In this document: positions 26,110 to 37,160 of the stretch, one piece after another
Numbering within the stretch: the stretch's first letter is position 1
How the letters are laid out: each line of letters starts with the position of its first letter
NCBI RefSeq assembly: GCF_006345805.1
Contig: NC_043005.1
Span: forward strand, 88,474,001 to 88,538,000
Origin: Octopus sinensis
Taxonomy: Eukaryota
Direction of reading: 5' to 3'
DNA length: 64,000 nucleotides
Notes under the pieces: model-generated
Databases searched by the model: none
What the model saw: the letters and a program-made list of their open reading frames with translations, nothing else
What the model was told of the DNA's origin: nothing
Translations under genes and position numbers: made by a program

Positions 26110-26525
26110 GTTCTATATTTAAGAGATGAGGAATTATGTACATTATTTACATTTCTCAGATATTTGTCCTCAATTTGTTTGTTGTTAATACGTTTCAGCT
26201 GATATACCCTCCAGCCTTCATCAGGTGTCTTGGGGAAATTTTGAACCTGGGTTCTCATTCCTATGGTATTTTTTGATGTTCTGGTGTAACTATATTCAAG
26301 CCAGGTGGTATTGGCTTTGAGTTTCTACATCTACACAGAGACTCAAAGCCAATACCACCTGGCTTGGATATAATGACACCACAACATCGAAAAATACTTT
26401 AGGAATGAGAACCCAGGTTCAAAATTTCCCCAAGACACCTGATGAAGGCTGGAGGGTATATCAGCTGAAACGTTGTGTTAACAACAAACAAGATGAGGAC
26501 AAATATCTGTCAAATGTAAGCAATA
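26110..26525. mobile_element. Head-to-head inverted dimer of the HHR family-1 repeat
   Basis: Arms are reverse complements; perfect 25-bp central stem 26298-26322 / 26341-26365. Confidence 0.85.
26434..26479 (+). ncRNA. Minimal type-I hammerhead ribozyme motif (family 1, core intact)
   Basis: Stem I GACAC/GUGUU, CUGAUGA, extra A, stem II GGCUG/CAGCU, GAAA, palindromic AACGUU stem III, GUU triplet. Confidence 0.7.
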
Positions 26526-27233
26526 TTATCAAGTTGGTGTTTGGCACATAAATTCATGATATTTTGATGGAAGTTTTTTTTTAGATCACTTTAAACAGGA
26601 AGTTTGCATCATAGAACCAAGGATGGTTTCAAGTAGGTTGGTAGCAAAAGGGTTAAACTACACCTTACCGTCCATTATATTGGATGATTTAGTCTGGGAT
26701 TTATTGTGATTACATAAAACAAATGACTGGAGGGTCATGGTTGGGGGTGCTCTAACCCTATTTCTATTGAAATACACTGCCTTTATTTCAATTAATTTTG
26801 AAATAATGAAGAATTTAGTAAAACTGTTTTGTCAATATTATGCGGGCATTAAGGCAGCATGCTGGGCGAAATGTTTAGCAGTAGTTTGTCTGTCTTTATA
26901 TTCTAAGTTCAAATTCTGCCAAGGTCGACTTTGCCTTTCATCTCTTCAGGGTCGATAAATTTAGTACCAGTTGTGTACTGGGGTCGATATAATCGACTGG
27001 ACCCCTCCCCAAAAATTTTGGACTTTTTGCCTAGAGTAGAAATGAATATTATGCAGGCATTTGAAACCTAAATTAACAAGACATTTTGATGAAAAGTTTT
27101 AATTTAGATCACTTTATAACAGGAAGAATATATCAGAGAAAGAAGGAATAGCTTTGGGTAGGGTGGCATCAAAAGGGCTAAAATAAGATTGTAACAAAGA
27201 ACCAGATGTACTCTTGGTTAGGTGACAGAATAA

Positions 27234-27452
27234 GGTAGTAAGCTGGCAGAAATGTTTACGCGCTGGGTGAAATGCTTAGCGGTATTTCGTCTGCCTTTAT
27301 GTTCTGAGTTCAAATTCCACCGAGGTTGACTTTGCCTTTCATCCTTTTGGGGGTTGATTAAATAAGTACCAGTTATGCACTGGGGTTGATGTAATCGACT
27401 TAAATCGGTTTTCCTCTCTGTGTTTGTCCCCTTGTGGGTAGTAAAGAAATAG
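27234..27452 (+). mobile_element. SINE family A
   Basis: Matches the other family-A copies. Confidence 0.85.
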
Positions 27453-27519
27453 GTGACAGAATAATAAAAAGTCCCTCCAACAAGCTTGTAGAATTTCTAA
27501 GAAATTTTCCTCAAAACAT

Positions 27520-27975
27520 GTTAAGTTTTTACTGTTTTTTTATTCAAATAACTTTGGTATATTGGTTCTGTTAACAACAGATTTTTACAGGAAGAAAAGA
27601 AAGAAAAAACATTAAGAGTATACAAGATCAAATTATTGAAAGAAAAAAAAAACCCCAAATCTTCTGCACCAAGGAAACAAAGAAAAAGAAAAAAATGGTG
27701 GGCAGAATTGAGCAACAGAAGATGGGGAAAGGGAATAGTGAGTTGTAGACCCCTGAACAAAGGCATGTTCAACTATGCCTCACTGTCATGACCACAATGG
27801 CATTGCTGTGGAGAATGGCCAGTTATACTCTCTGGGGCTCATTTCTCAGATGGACCATAGTTATCCTGATTTTGTGGAGGAAATGTTGATCCAATTTCAA
27901 GTACAAAAGGTGTCATATATCGGATGCTCCCCACCCTGCTCCAAAGTAACCTGTGTCACTTCTCCTTCCCTGCAG
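27520..27975 (-). mobile_element. Unclassified interspersed repeat, possibly a LINE (L1/Tx1-like) 3' end
   Basis: Aligns by eye with 59870-60140 (ACCAAGGAAACAA...GCATTGCYKTGGAGAATGGCCAG); class is inference. Confidence 0.4.
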
Positions 27976-28284
27976 CATTTGTAATAAATGTTAATCTGTG
28001 AACGTCATAACGACGGGGAATTAACCTGTCAGCGAACTGAATCCGTCACACTGTTTGGGGGATTTCTCTTGACGTTTTTTCCCACTCCACTTAATTATAT
28101 TTATTCATTCTTCCTTGAATAATCTTCAGCTTCAAGCTTCATCTGGACAACAAAGGAATCCACTGTGACCATCTCACAAGGAAAATCTCATAACAAAACA
28201 TATTTAAATGCGTGTGTCTGTATATGTATGTATCAGATACATAATTAACCATACATACACACATATATAATATTCTTTATTTTT

Positions 28285-29020
28285 ATCTTTTGTTTGAGTC
28301 ATTTGACTGCAGCCATACTGGAGCACCTCCAAAAAGGGTGTTAGTCGAAGAAACTGACCCCAGGACTTTGTAATCTTAGTACTTATTCTATCGGTCTCTT
28401 TTGCTGAACCAGTAAGTTACAGGGACATAAACACACCATCGGTTGTCAAGCAATTGTGGGTGGGGGGGGGGTGCAAACACAGACACACTAACATACATAT
28501 ATATGATGGGCTTCTTTCAGTTCCCGTTTACCAAATCCACTCGCAAGGCTATAGTAGAAGACACTTGCCCAAGGTGCCACACAGTGGGACTGAACCCAGA
28601 ACCATGTGGTTGAGAAGCAAGCTTCTTACCACACAGCCACGCCTGCACCTATCTCTATCTTTAGTTTTAGTCACCAGACTGTGGCCATACTGGGGCACCA
28701 CCTTGAAGAATTTTAGTCAGATGAATCAACCCCAGGTCTTATTCTGTTGATCCCTTTTGCCAAACTGCTAAGTTATGGGGATGTAAACACACCAACACTG
28801 GTAGTCATGTAGTGGTGAGAGACAGACACAGAAAAACACATCCACACACATATACACAACAGGCTTCTTTCAGTTTCCATCTGTTAAATCCTTTCACAAG
28901 GCTTTGGTTGGCCCAGGCTTATAGTAGAAGACATTTGCCCAAGGTGCCACGCAGTGGGACTGAACCCAGAACCATGTAGTTGGGAAGCAAACATCTTACC
29001 ACACAGCCATGCCTGCACCA
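28285..29020 (-). mobile_element. Two tandem SINE family B copies
   Basis: Two consecutive ~360-nt copies (28285-28648 and 28665-29020). Confidence 0.85.
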
Positions 29021-29044
29021 TATTTTTATGTGTATCATATACAT

Positions 29045-29390
29045 CATCATTATCATCCTCGTTTAACGTCCGTTTTCCATGCTAGCATGGGTTGGACAGT
29101 TCAACCGGGGTCTAGGAAGCCAGGAGGCTGCACCAGGCTCCAGTCTGATCTGGCAGTGTTTCTACAGCTGGATGCCCTTCCTAATGCCAACCATTCCGTG
29201 AGTGTAGTGGGTGCCTTTTACGTGCCACCGGAACAGGTGCTAGGGGAGGCTGGCAATGGCCACAATCGGTTGGTGCTTTTTACGTGCCACTCAAGGTGGC
29301 ACTGGCATCGACCATGTGTGGATGGTGCTTTTTACATGCCACTGGCATAGGTGCCAGGGTAGGCTGGCAACAGCCACGATTGGTTGATGG
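29045..29390 (-). mobile_element. RTE-LINE 3' tail copy
   Basis: (CAT)n followed by GTTTAACGTCCGTTTTCCATGCTAGC... Confidence 0.85.
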
Positions 29391-29402
29391 TTTTTATATA
29401 TA

Positions 29403-29588
29403 TAGAACAAGCAGAAAGATAATTTTTTTTTCAACACGTTAATACTGAAAAGTATATATAAAAGATAGAATCCTTTTAGGAGCAGAAAAATTTGCTGACA
29501 AATTTTTCTGCTCTTAAAAGGATTTTATCCTTTATACATATTAAGTATTTACATGTTGGAAAAAAAATTATTTTTCTACTTGTTCTAC
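29403..29588. repeat. ~185-bp imperfect palindrome
   Basis: Centred on GAGCAGAAAAATTTG-CTGA-CAAATTTTTCTGCTC. Confidence 0.9.
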
Positions 29589-30514
29589 AATGCGGTGCCC
29601 CAGCATGGCCACAGCTTGTGAGCTGAAACTAGAATCAATCAATCAATCAATACATTTCAACGCTTCAAAAACAAACTTACGTTTGTTTACATATGATGAA
29701 ATATATATATATATATATACATACATACATTATGTGTATATATACATATAATGTATGTATGTATAAATTCATTTGTATATATATATATATATATATACAT
29801 AAATTTATATGTATGTATGTATATATATATATATACATATGTGTGTGTGTGTGTGTGTAAACAAGAGAGACAGAGAAAGGCAGAAACAAGGAAAATGCCA
29901 CTTATATTTGAACACAATACAAATATTCCTTTAAAAAAACTTTTCTTTTAATTTTTCTAAATTTAATTATTTAATCGTTACAGTCTCAAAATGACCGAAA
30001 CCGATACTGAAATGTTCCTTATAAAATTATTTTAGCATTTTCTATCTTGACTTGTTTTTTCATATATATATATATATATACACATAAATTTATATATATA
30101 TATACACACACACACACACCTTACGGTACAGCCTCTATCTGACATTTTACCAATTCTGCTTGCTAATCAATCACTTTCTTCGTTATCTTCGTGGTTCTTA
30201 TTTTATCAAAACTGGAGGCATAAAGGCAGGATTTGAACTCAGAACATGCTGCAGAGTATTTATTCTGATGCTTTATCAAAGAAAAGAGAGAGAGAGAAGG
30301 AAGTAACAAGTGTAATGGCAGAGACAAGGTGATGAGAAATGTCCTTTATTGAATGTTATGTTGTTGTTGTTGTTTCATTTGGTAGCAACAGAAACTAAAC
30401 TCAATTTCATAAAAGTCTCAGAGTTCTGTTTGTCGGTGATCACATTGCGACTTTATTAGTTTTATATTCTCATGCATACATGTGTGCACATACATACACA
30501 CACACACATATATA

Positions 30515-30730
30515 TTTCTTTACTACCCACAAAGGGCTAAACACAGAGGGGACAAACGGATTAAGTCGATTACATCGACCCCAGTGCGTAACTGGTACTT
30601 AATTTATCGACCCCCGAAAGGACGAAAGGCAAAGTCGACCTCGGCATAATTTGAACTCAGAACGTAACGGCAGACGAAATACGGCTATGCATTTCACCTG
30701 GCGTGCTAATGTTTCTGCCAGCTCGCTGCC
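30515..30730 (-). mobile_element. SINE family A
   Basis: CpG-intact copy. Confidence 0.85.
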
Positions 30731-30774
30731 TTCATACACACATACACATATATATGTATAAAATGTACTCAGCA

Positions 30775-30984
30775 TTTAAACTAAGAGCTACCGACAGTTT
30801 CTAGTCATAGAGACAGTGAGATTAGGCAGATTTATATATCATGTATTGAGTCTCCAAGCAATCTTCAGGCTCAGGACAAATGGTTAGTTCCAAAGACTGC
30901 TTGAAGATACATGAACACATTATATAAATCTGCCTAACCTCAGTGTCTCTTTGGCTAGAAACCATTGGCAGCTCTTAGTTTAAA
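30775..30984. repeat. ~210-bp imperfect fold-back (MITE-like)
   Basis: TTTAAACTAAGAGCT...GGCAGATTTATATA / TATATAAATCTGCC...AGCTCTTAGTTTAAA. Confidence 0.85.
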
Positions 30985-31291
30985 TATTCTGTACAGTAAA
31001 CGATATTTACCTCTCGCTGGATGGAGTATTTTTTTTGTTGATCCCACCTTAATAGAACAATAAACTATACACACACACACAACCAATATAGTAGATTTCT
31101 AAACAGGACTAATTAAGCCGTTTCTCCATACACTGGATAAAAGGATTAACAACCTGAATCGAGTTTTGAATCTCATTGGATACTCACCAGAGGTGTCTAC
31201 ATCAGTTTTTGACCAATTCCAAAGAAGCATGCTACCAATCTGTTTATACGCTCAACAATTCCAGTAGTATATATATGTGTGTGTGTGTGAA

Positions 31292-31337
<46 letters not shown>

Positions 31338-31706
31338 AGGGCATAGAAATGAATTTTATAGCCTGTATGCTGAAAACGCCCTTAATTATAATTATATATA
31401 TATAATTTCACACTAATCAGTCTTTTTTTATATGCTGGCCACTGACAAAAAAATCTAGTGCTCTTAGCTTAGATTTTCTTGGGGCCGGCCAGATTGGAGC
31501 AGTCTAACTGGCTGAAACTGCAATGATGATCTGTAACTCAACTGAAGATAGAAAGCTCCAAATGACCCGTCCTTGTTTTCTATTGTCTTTCTTTGTATTG
31601 TCTAAAAGTCTGTTACGTTTTTGTTCCATTTTTTGTTTTGTTTTAGATATATATATATATATATATATGTATATACACGCACACACACACACAAACACAT
31701 ATATAT

Positions 31707-31937
31707 ATTTCTTTACTACCCACAAGGGGCTAAACATAGAGTGGACAAACAAGGACAGACAAAGGGATTAAGTCAATTACATCGACCCCAGTGCATAACT
31801 GGTACTTAATTTATCGACCCCGAAAGGATGAAAGGCAAAGTCGACCTTGGCGGAATTTGAACTCACAACGTAACGGAGACGAAATACTGCTAAGCATTTC
31901 GCCCGGCGTGCTAATGTTTCCGCCATCTCGCCGCCTT
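31707..31937 (-). mobile_element. SINE family A
   Basis: Matches the other family-A copies. Confidence 0.85.
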
Positions 31938-32610
31938 CACACACACAAACACATATATGCATACAAATATATTTACATATATAATGCATACTCACACACA
32001 CATGTATATATAATACACACATCCCATACATTTACATGAAATGATGAAGTCAGGCTTTAAGGATTCTTAGGTGTGTATTGAGGACATTTTATTTGGGGTT
32101 TATTTTGACAAATCTTGATTTTGCAAAAAATTGAGGAAATATTTAGGCAAAAATAAAACCGGAAAACAAGAAGAAAAGAAATTTGTATTCCTTCCTATGT
32201 TCAAAAGACCAAGTAAAAATTCTAAGAATTTCTTTTTCCTCTCTTCATTATTTTACATACATGCAAGTATGTTTATATAATATCATATATATGTATGTGT
32301 GTGTGTGTGTGCAGTTGCTGGATTTGTTACAATCTGCGTTTTTCAATGTGCAGGATGCTAGGAAAGGCCAGGTACTGAATTTCCAATACTCTTGAGCAAT
32401 TTAAAGTTGTCGTTTGATGATTGTGTGCTGTAAGGATGCATATATACCTCTCCGCATTTCTTTATAGATGAGTACACACAGACAAATGAATATATATATA
32501 TATACACATAGGTACAATCCAACTGAGGGATAGTTCCAAATGTAGCATGTGTATAAAGCAAGAACACAAGTGGGGTTCAAAACTGAACTTGTGTTCTTTT
32601 ATATATATAT

Positions 32611-32766
32611 ATAATCAAAATAAGCAACAAGTATATCCGAGGTAGAGTAGTACAACTGTTTCATGCTACTTCATTTTATTATATACATAAAAAATTAATA
32701 AAATGAAGTAGCATGAAATGATTGTACTACTCTACCTTGGATATACTTGTTGCTTATTTTGATTAT
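32611..32766. repeat. ~155-bp near-perfect hairpin downstream of the INTS10 stop
   Basis: ATAATCAAAATAAGCAACAAGTATATCC...CATTTTATTA / TAATAAAATG...GGATATACTTGTTGCTTATTTTGATTAT. Confidence 0.9.
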
Positions 32767-33034
32767 AATCACCCCATTTGATTTATATGGATAATACCAT
32801 ACAAAATTCTGGTGCCTTTGACTTAAGTACCATATTCATCTGAATCTAAATTTTGCTGATCTTATATATATATATATATATATGTAAAATAAAATGGTTT
32901 TCTCCAAATTTAGATATGAGCATATTCTTGGGATTTTAATTTGTTACTAAGAAATAATGGTGAAAACAAAAGGTGGGTGGGGACATAATGTTCTGTAAAA
33001 ATGGAAAGGGGTTTATTCCAAAGAAACAAACTTC

Positions 33035-33154
33035 ATCACCATCATCATCATCACCACATCAGCATCATTATCATCATCATCATCGTTATCACAACATTAT
33101 TTACAAATGATGAAATGTCTCCAAACCATTGCTATTAGAGAGAAAGAAAATGAC

Positions 33155-33203
<49 letters not shown>
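33035..33203. repeat. (CAT)n and (GA)n microsatellites
   Basis: Directly visible. Confidence 0.95.
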
Positions 33204-33204
<1 letters not shown>

Positions 33205-33299
33205 TCCAATGATAGCAATGAGTAAAATATGAATGAGTCTCAGTGATTTGGAGAAAGAAGGGGATGTTATTATTAATGTGATTATTTTGTATATTATAT

Positions 33300-33305
33300 T
33301 TTATT
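33300..33305 (-). terminator. Candidate polyadenylation signal AATAAA
   Basis: AATAAA about 28 nt after the INTS10 stop; usage unknown in this AT-rich context. Confidence 0.3.
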
Positions 33306-33332
33306 TTTGTTTTTCATCTTATTTTCTTTTGT

Positions 33333-33495
33333 TCATCCCTTTAACAGGGTGGATAATATCAAAGACTTCTCTTCGGTGAGAAATTGGTAAATCACTTTCT
33401 CGGTGACTTCATTGCTGCGTGAGATCTGTCGTTCCATGGTAGCACGAAAATCTTCTTTCACGACTTTGTTCACCCCTCTTGTCACAGTTCGCTGC
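33333..33495 (-). CDS. INTS10: INTS10 last coding exon: (Q)QRTVTRGVNKVVKEDFRATMERQISRSNEVTEKVIYQFLTEEKSLILSTLLKG*
   Basis: Matches the human INTS10 C-terminus [25 protein letters not shown] (recalled); polypyrimidine-TAG acceptor; phase 2. Confidence 0.95.
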
Positions 33496-33716
33496 CTAGC
33501 AACAAGAAAAATAAAAGAAGAAAAGGAAGTAAAAATATAGGTATACACACACATATATACACATACGTATATATATACACACATACGTATATATATATAT
33601 ATGCGTGTATTGTTTGTTTTTATGCCAAGTTATAATAGTTTGAAGTCACTATCAACACTATTCTTATTAAAGAGTAGTCTGTATGTATATATATATATAT
33701 ATATATCTGTGTGTGT

Positions 33717-33747
<31 letters not shown>

Positions 33748-34093
33748 CTAGCAGTATCGCCCGGCGTTGCTCGGGTTTGTAAGGGAAATAACTATAAAGC
33801 ATTTTTTAGAGAGTTATAGCCAAAAACGGAAAAAAAATGATGGTCGAGTTGCGTCCCCTAGACAGTCTGTGGTTTGTGTTTCTGATTCTCAACCCCATGT
33901 CGAATTTATCAATTTTTTCAGAACTGGGGGAACTTTTCAAAATTTTCGCTGCGTTAGTTTTGAATTATGACATTGGGCTATGTGTGTTTCAAGTTTCATC
34001 AGAATCGGTTGAAAGCCGTGGTCAGGGTGAGGGTACAACCTAACAGACACACAGAAACACACACAGACAAACTGCCGTTTATATATAGAGAGA
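33748..34093 (-). mobile_element. Non-autonomous Helitron
   Basis: A|TC 5' end (TCTCTCTATATATAAACGGCA), subterminal hairpin CCCGAGCAACGCCGGG, CTAG|T 3' end. Confidence 0.8.
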
Positions 34094-34234
34094 TATATAT
34101 GTATATATGTATCTGTGTGTGTGTTTATATATATATATATATATTATGAGTGTATGTGTATATGCATATATAATGTTTATATATGTGTATATATATGTGT
34201 GTGCTTATATAAATATGTATGTGTGTATTCCTTT

Positions 34235-34592
34235 ATTTTGTTTCAGCCATTTGACTGCACCTACGCTGGAGGACCACCTTTAGGTAAATAAACTGACCCC
34301 AGGACTTATTCTTTGTAAACCTAGTAGTTATTCTATCAGCTTCTTTTGCTGAACTACAAGTTACAGGGACGTAAATACACCAACATTGGTTGTCAAGCGA
34401 TGGTGGGGGACAAACACAGATACCTATATATGTATATGACAGGCTTCTTTCAGTTTCTATCTACCAAATCCATTCACGAGGCTTTGGTCAGTCCGTGGCT
34501 ATAGTAGAAGACACTTACCCAAGGTGCCACGCAGTGGGACTGAACCCGGAACCATGTGGTTGGTAAGCAAGCTTCTTACCACACAGCCACTA
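34235..34592 (-). mobile_element. SINE family B
   Basis: Matches the other family-B copies. Confidence 0.85.
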
Positions 34593-35094
34593 TATATATC
34601 ATCATATACATACATATATATGTATAAGTATAGAAGAGAAATAAATACACACACACAAAAAAAAAATTATTATTTCCAGTTTTCTGTTTCTTTCTATCTA
34701 TAAGAGGAGTAAGGGTCACACCGACAACCTTTCCATGACCTTCAAGGCTGACGGGAGAACAGAAAAAAACAGGACTTGTGAGTTACTGCAGTATAGAGTG
34801 GGACACTAATGTAATGAGCTATCTGCTCTGAATATTGGTTACAAAGTGCAGACAGGAAGAGAGACAGAAAGAATTGGTTTGGCTTGACCTGGCAACCCTG
34901 TCTCAATCCATCCAATCCAACAGAACCAATGACAGAAGTTAGAGAGGTGGACAAAGATCCATGGAAATTAAAGAACTAGAAAGGCAGTGAATTGATAGAG
35001 CTGGTAGAGCATTGGGCAAAGTGTTTTGTGCTATTTGCTCCAACTCTTTTTATTCTGAGCTCAAGGTCAACTTTGCCTTTCGTTGTTTTAAGAT

Positions 35095-35490
35095 CATCAT
35101 CATCATCGTTTAACGTCTGTTTTCCATGCTAGGCACGGGTTGGACGGTTCAACTGGCATCTGGGAAGCCAGGAGGCTGCAGCAGGCTCCAGTCTGATCTG
35201 GCAATGCTTCTACAGTTGGATGCCCTTCCTAACGCCAACCACTCCATGAGTTTAGTGGGTGCTTTTTACGTGCCACCGGCACAGGTGCCAAGGGAGGTTG
35301 GCAACGGCCACAATCAGTTGGTGCTTTTTACGTGCCACTGGCACAGGTGTCAGGGGGGGCTGGCAGCGGCCACAATCGGTTGGTGCTTTTTATGCGCCAC
35401 CGGCACAGAAGCCACTCAAGGCGGCGCTGGCATCGGCCACATTCGGATGGTGCTTTTTACTTGCCACCGGCACAGGTATCACAACTCAAT
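35095..35490 (-). mobile_element. RTE-LINE 3' tail copy
   Basis: Matches the tail consensus including tandem units. Confidence 0.85.
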
Positions 35491-35525
35491 AAAAAAAATA
35501 TCAATTGGTTGGTGGAACAGTAAGA

Positions 35526-35760
35526 AGGCGGTGAGCTGGCAGAATCGTTAGCACACCAGGTGAAATGCTTTGCGGTATTTCAGCTGCCGTTTACGTTGTG
35601 AGTTCAAATTCCGCCGAGGTCGACTTTGCCTTTCATCCTTTCGGGGTCGATAAATTAAGTACCAGTTATGCACTGGGGTCGATGTAATCGACTTAATCCG
35701 TTTGTCTGTCCTTGCTTGTCCCTTCTGTGTTTAGCCCCTTGTGTGTAGTAAAGAAATAGG
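35526..35760 (+). mobile_element. SINE family A, near full length
   Basis: Matches the other family-A copies. Confidence 0.85.
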
Positions 35761-35963
35761 AACAGTAAGGACATGGGACCAGATGCCTTGTGGTATTTGT
35801 TCCGACTTCAAATTTTACTATGATCAACATGGATGTTAGATCTAATTGTGGCTTTGTTATCATGCTAAATCACTACTGAGAAGTTTTCAAACCTTTATAT
35901 CTAAGAGCAGACACCTTAGCTCTGATAATATATAATTATATAATAATAATAAACCAAACTTAC

Positions 35964-36060
35964 TGTGCAATAGCTTTTGTACTTATTGGCAAGATATCCA
36001 GGCTCACTTTTCCACCTTCAGCAGTTTTAATAAAAGCAAATTCTTCCAAAATATCAATGT
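35964..36060 (-). CDS. INTS10: INTS10 exon: (N)IDILEEFAFIKTAEGGKVSLDILPISTKAIA(Q)
   Basis: Human [25 protein letters not shown]; TAG acceptor, GTAAGT donor; phases 1/2. Confidence 0.95.
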
Positions 36061-36177
36061 CTACAGGTGTGTGGTTAAAGAAGACATTTTCCTCATGGAA
36101 TCAAAGATTTCAGAAACAAAAACACATTTCAAAAGAATGGAAATTCATATAAAAATCAGGTGGCAAAATAAGGATAC
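36061..36177 (-). other. INTS10: U12-type (minor spliceosome) GT-AG intron, 117 nt
   Basis: 5' splice site GTATCCTT; branch-like TCTTTAAC at 36074-36081, 13 nt before the intron end; no polypyrimidine tract. Confidence 0.85.
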
Positions 36178-36340
36178 TGATGACGTAGTTGAAAAATATA
36201 TTGTATGTAAAGCTACCTCGAGATTGAATAAAATGGACTGCTTTTGCAAAAGCAGGATAATTTTTGGGCCAATCATATTGGAGCAATACAATCATGTGAC
36301 CTAAGGCAGTGTCGTCCATTGGCGTTTGGAAGGCTTTTTC
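36178..36340 (-). CDS. INTS10: INTS10 exon: EKAFQTPMDDTALGHMIVLLQYDWPKNYPAFAKAVHFIQSRGSFTYNIFFNYVI(N)
   Basis: Human DDMALGHVIVLLQQEWP...FFNYVTN; strong acceptor; phases 0/1. Confidence 0.95.
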
Positions 36341-36616
36341 CTAAAAAGAAAACAACAATAAAAAGAAGGGAAGAGTAAAATAGATTTACTGAAATTTTGC
36401 AGGTAACTTGCAGATTGTATAACTAAAATGTAATAAATTAAACATATAATGGAATATTATTCACCCTTTTCTTCTCTTTGAAGCAACCACACATCTACAT
36501 ACACAAACACACACACATGCACACACTCACACACACACACATTCACACACAGAGGAATAAAACTAATTCTCAGACAGACTCAAGGCAGACCTTGAAGAGT
36601 GACGGCATATCATTAG

Positions 36617-37160
36617 CCCTTTCATTACCAGCCCGGCTGAAACCATCTCTGGCTCTGTAGTACAAATGTTCTTATTTTCATAAGTTTTGAATTAAAATCT
36701 TCCACCAAACCTTAGTCACAATTTATGTTCCTAACATTAGCTGAATGATAACTAAGTTAATTTCTCATTAGAGACATCTGCGTTGGCTGGGTCATGCCCT
36801 CCGTCGTCAACCAGGAGAATTCATTTAAGAAGCAATTGCCCTAGCTCCCCTTCAGGGTTGGCGAAAGCGATGTGGTGGACAACGAAAAACCTGGCTGATG
36901 ACAGTCAAGGCTGATCTGGAACCCAACCTAGGCCCTCATATCTACGGCGTTCGCCGCTGGAATAAGGAGTGGTTGTAGATCACGTAGTCGTTAGCCTCAA
37001 ATCGCCAGGTCTGGTCGGCGTTTGTGAGAGATGCAGCATTGAGGATGAATGAAGCCAGCTCAACCTACCCCGGGTGAATGTTGTCTCAAGTCAAAGTAAG
37101 TTAATTTACTAAATTCTTTGTTATGTAGAGCATCTCAAAATAAATACAGTAACGAAAAGG
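36617..37160. mobile_element. TTAA-type MITE interrupted by an RTE insertion
   Basis: Same sequence as 10552-10768, split at 36763/37097. Confidence 0.8.
36764..37096 (+). mobile_element. 5'-truncated RTE-clade LINE 3' end (third subfamily) with 11-bp TSD
   Basis: RHLRWLGHALRR...RKTWLMTVKADL...NRQVWSAFVRD; TSD TAAGTTAATTT at 36753-36763 and 37097-37107. Confidence 0.85.

Noticed and set aside
33348-33375. Plus-strand 28-nt exon-like unit (TTTAACAG|...|GTGAGA)
   Set aside because: Overlaps the INTS10 last exon in antisense; the pyrimidine tract is simply the complement of the A-rich 3'UTR.
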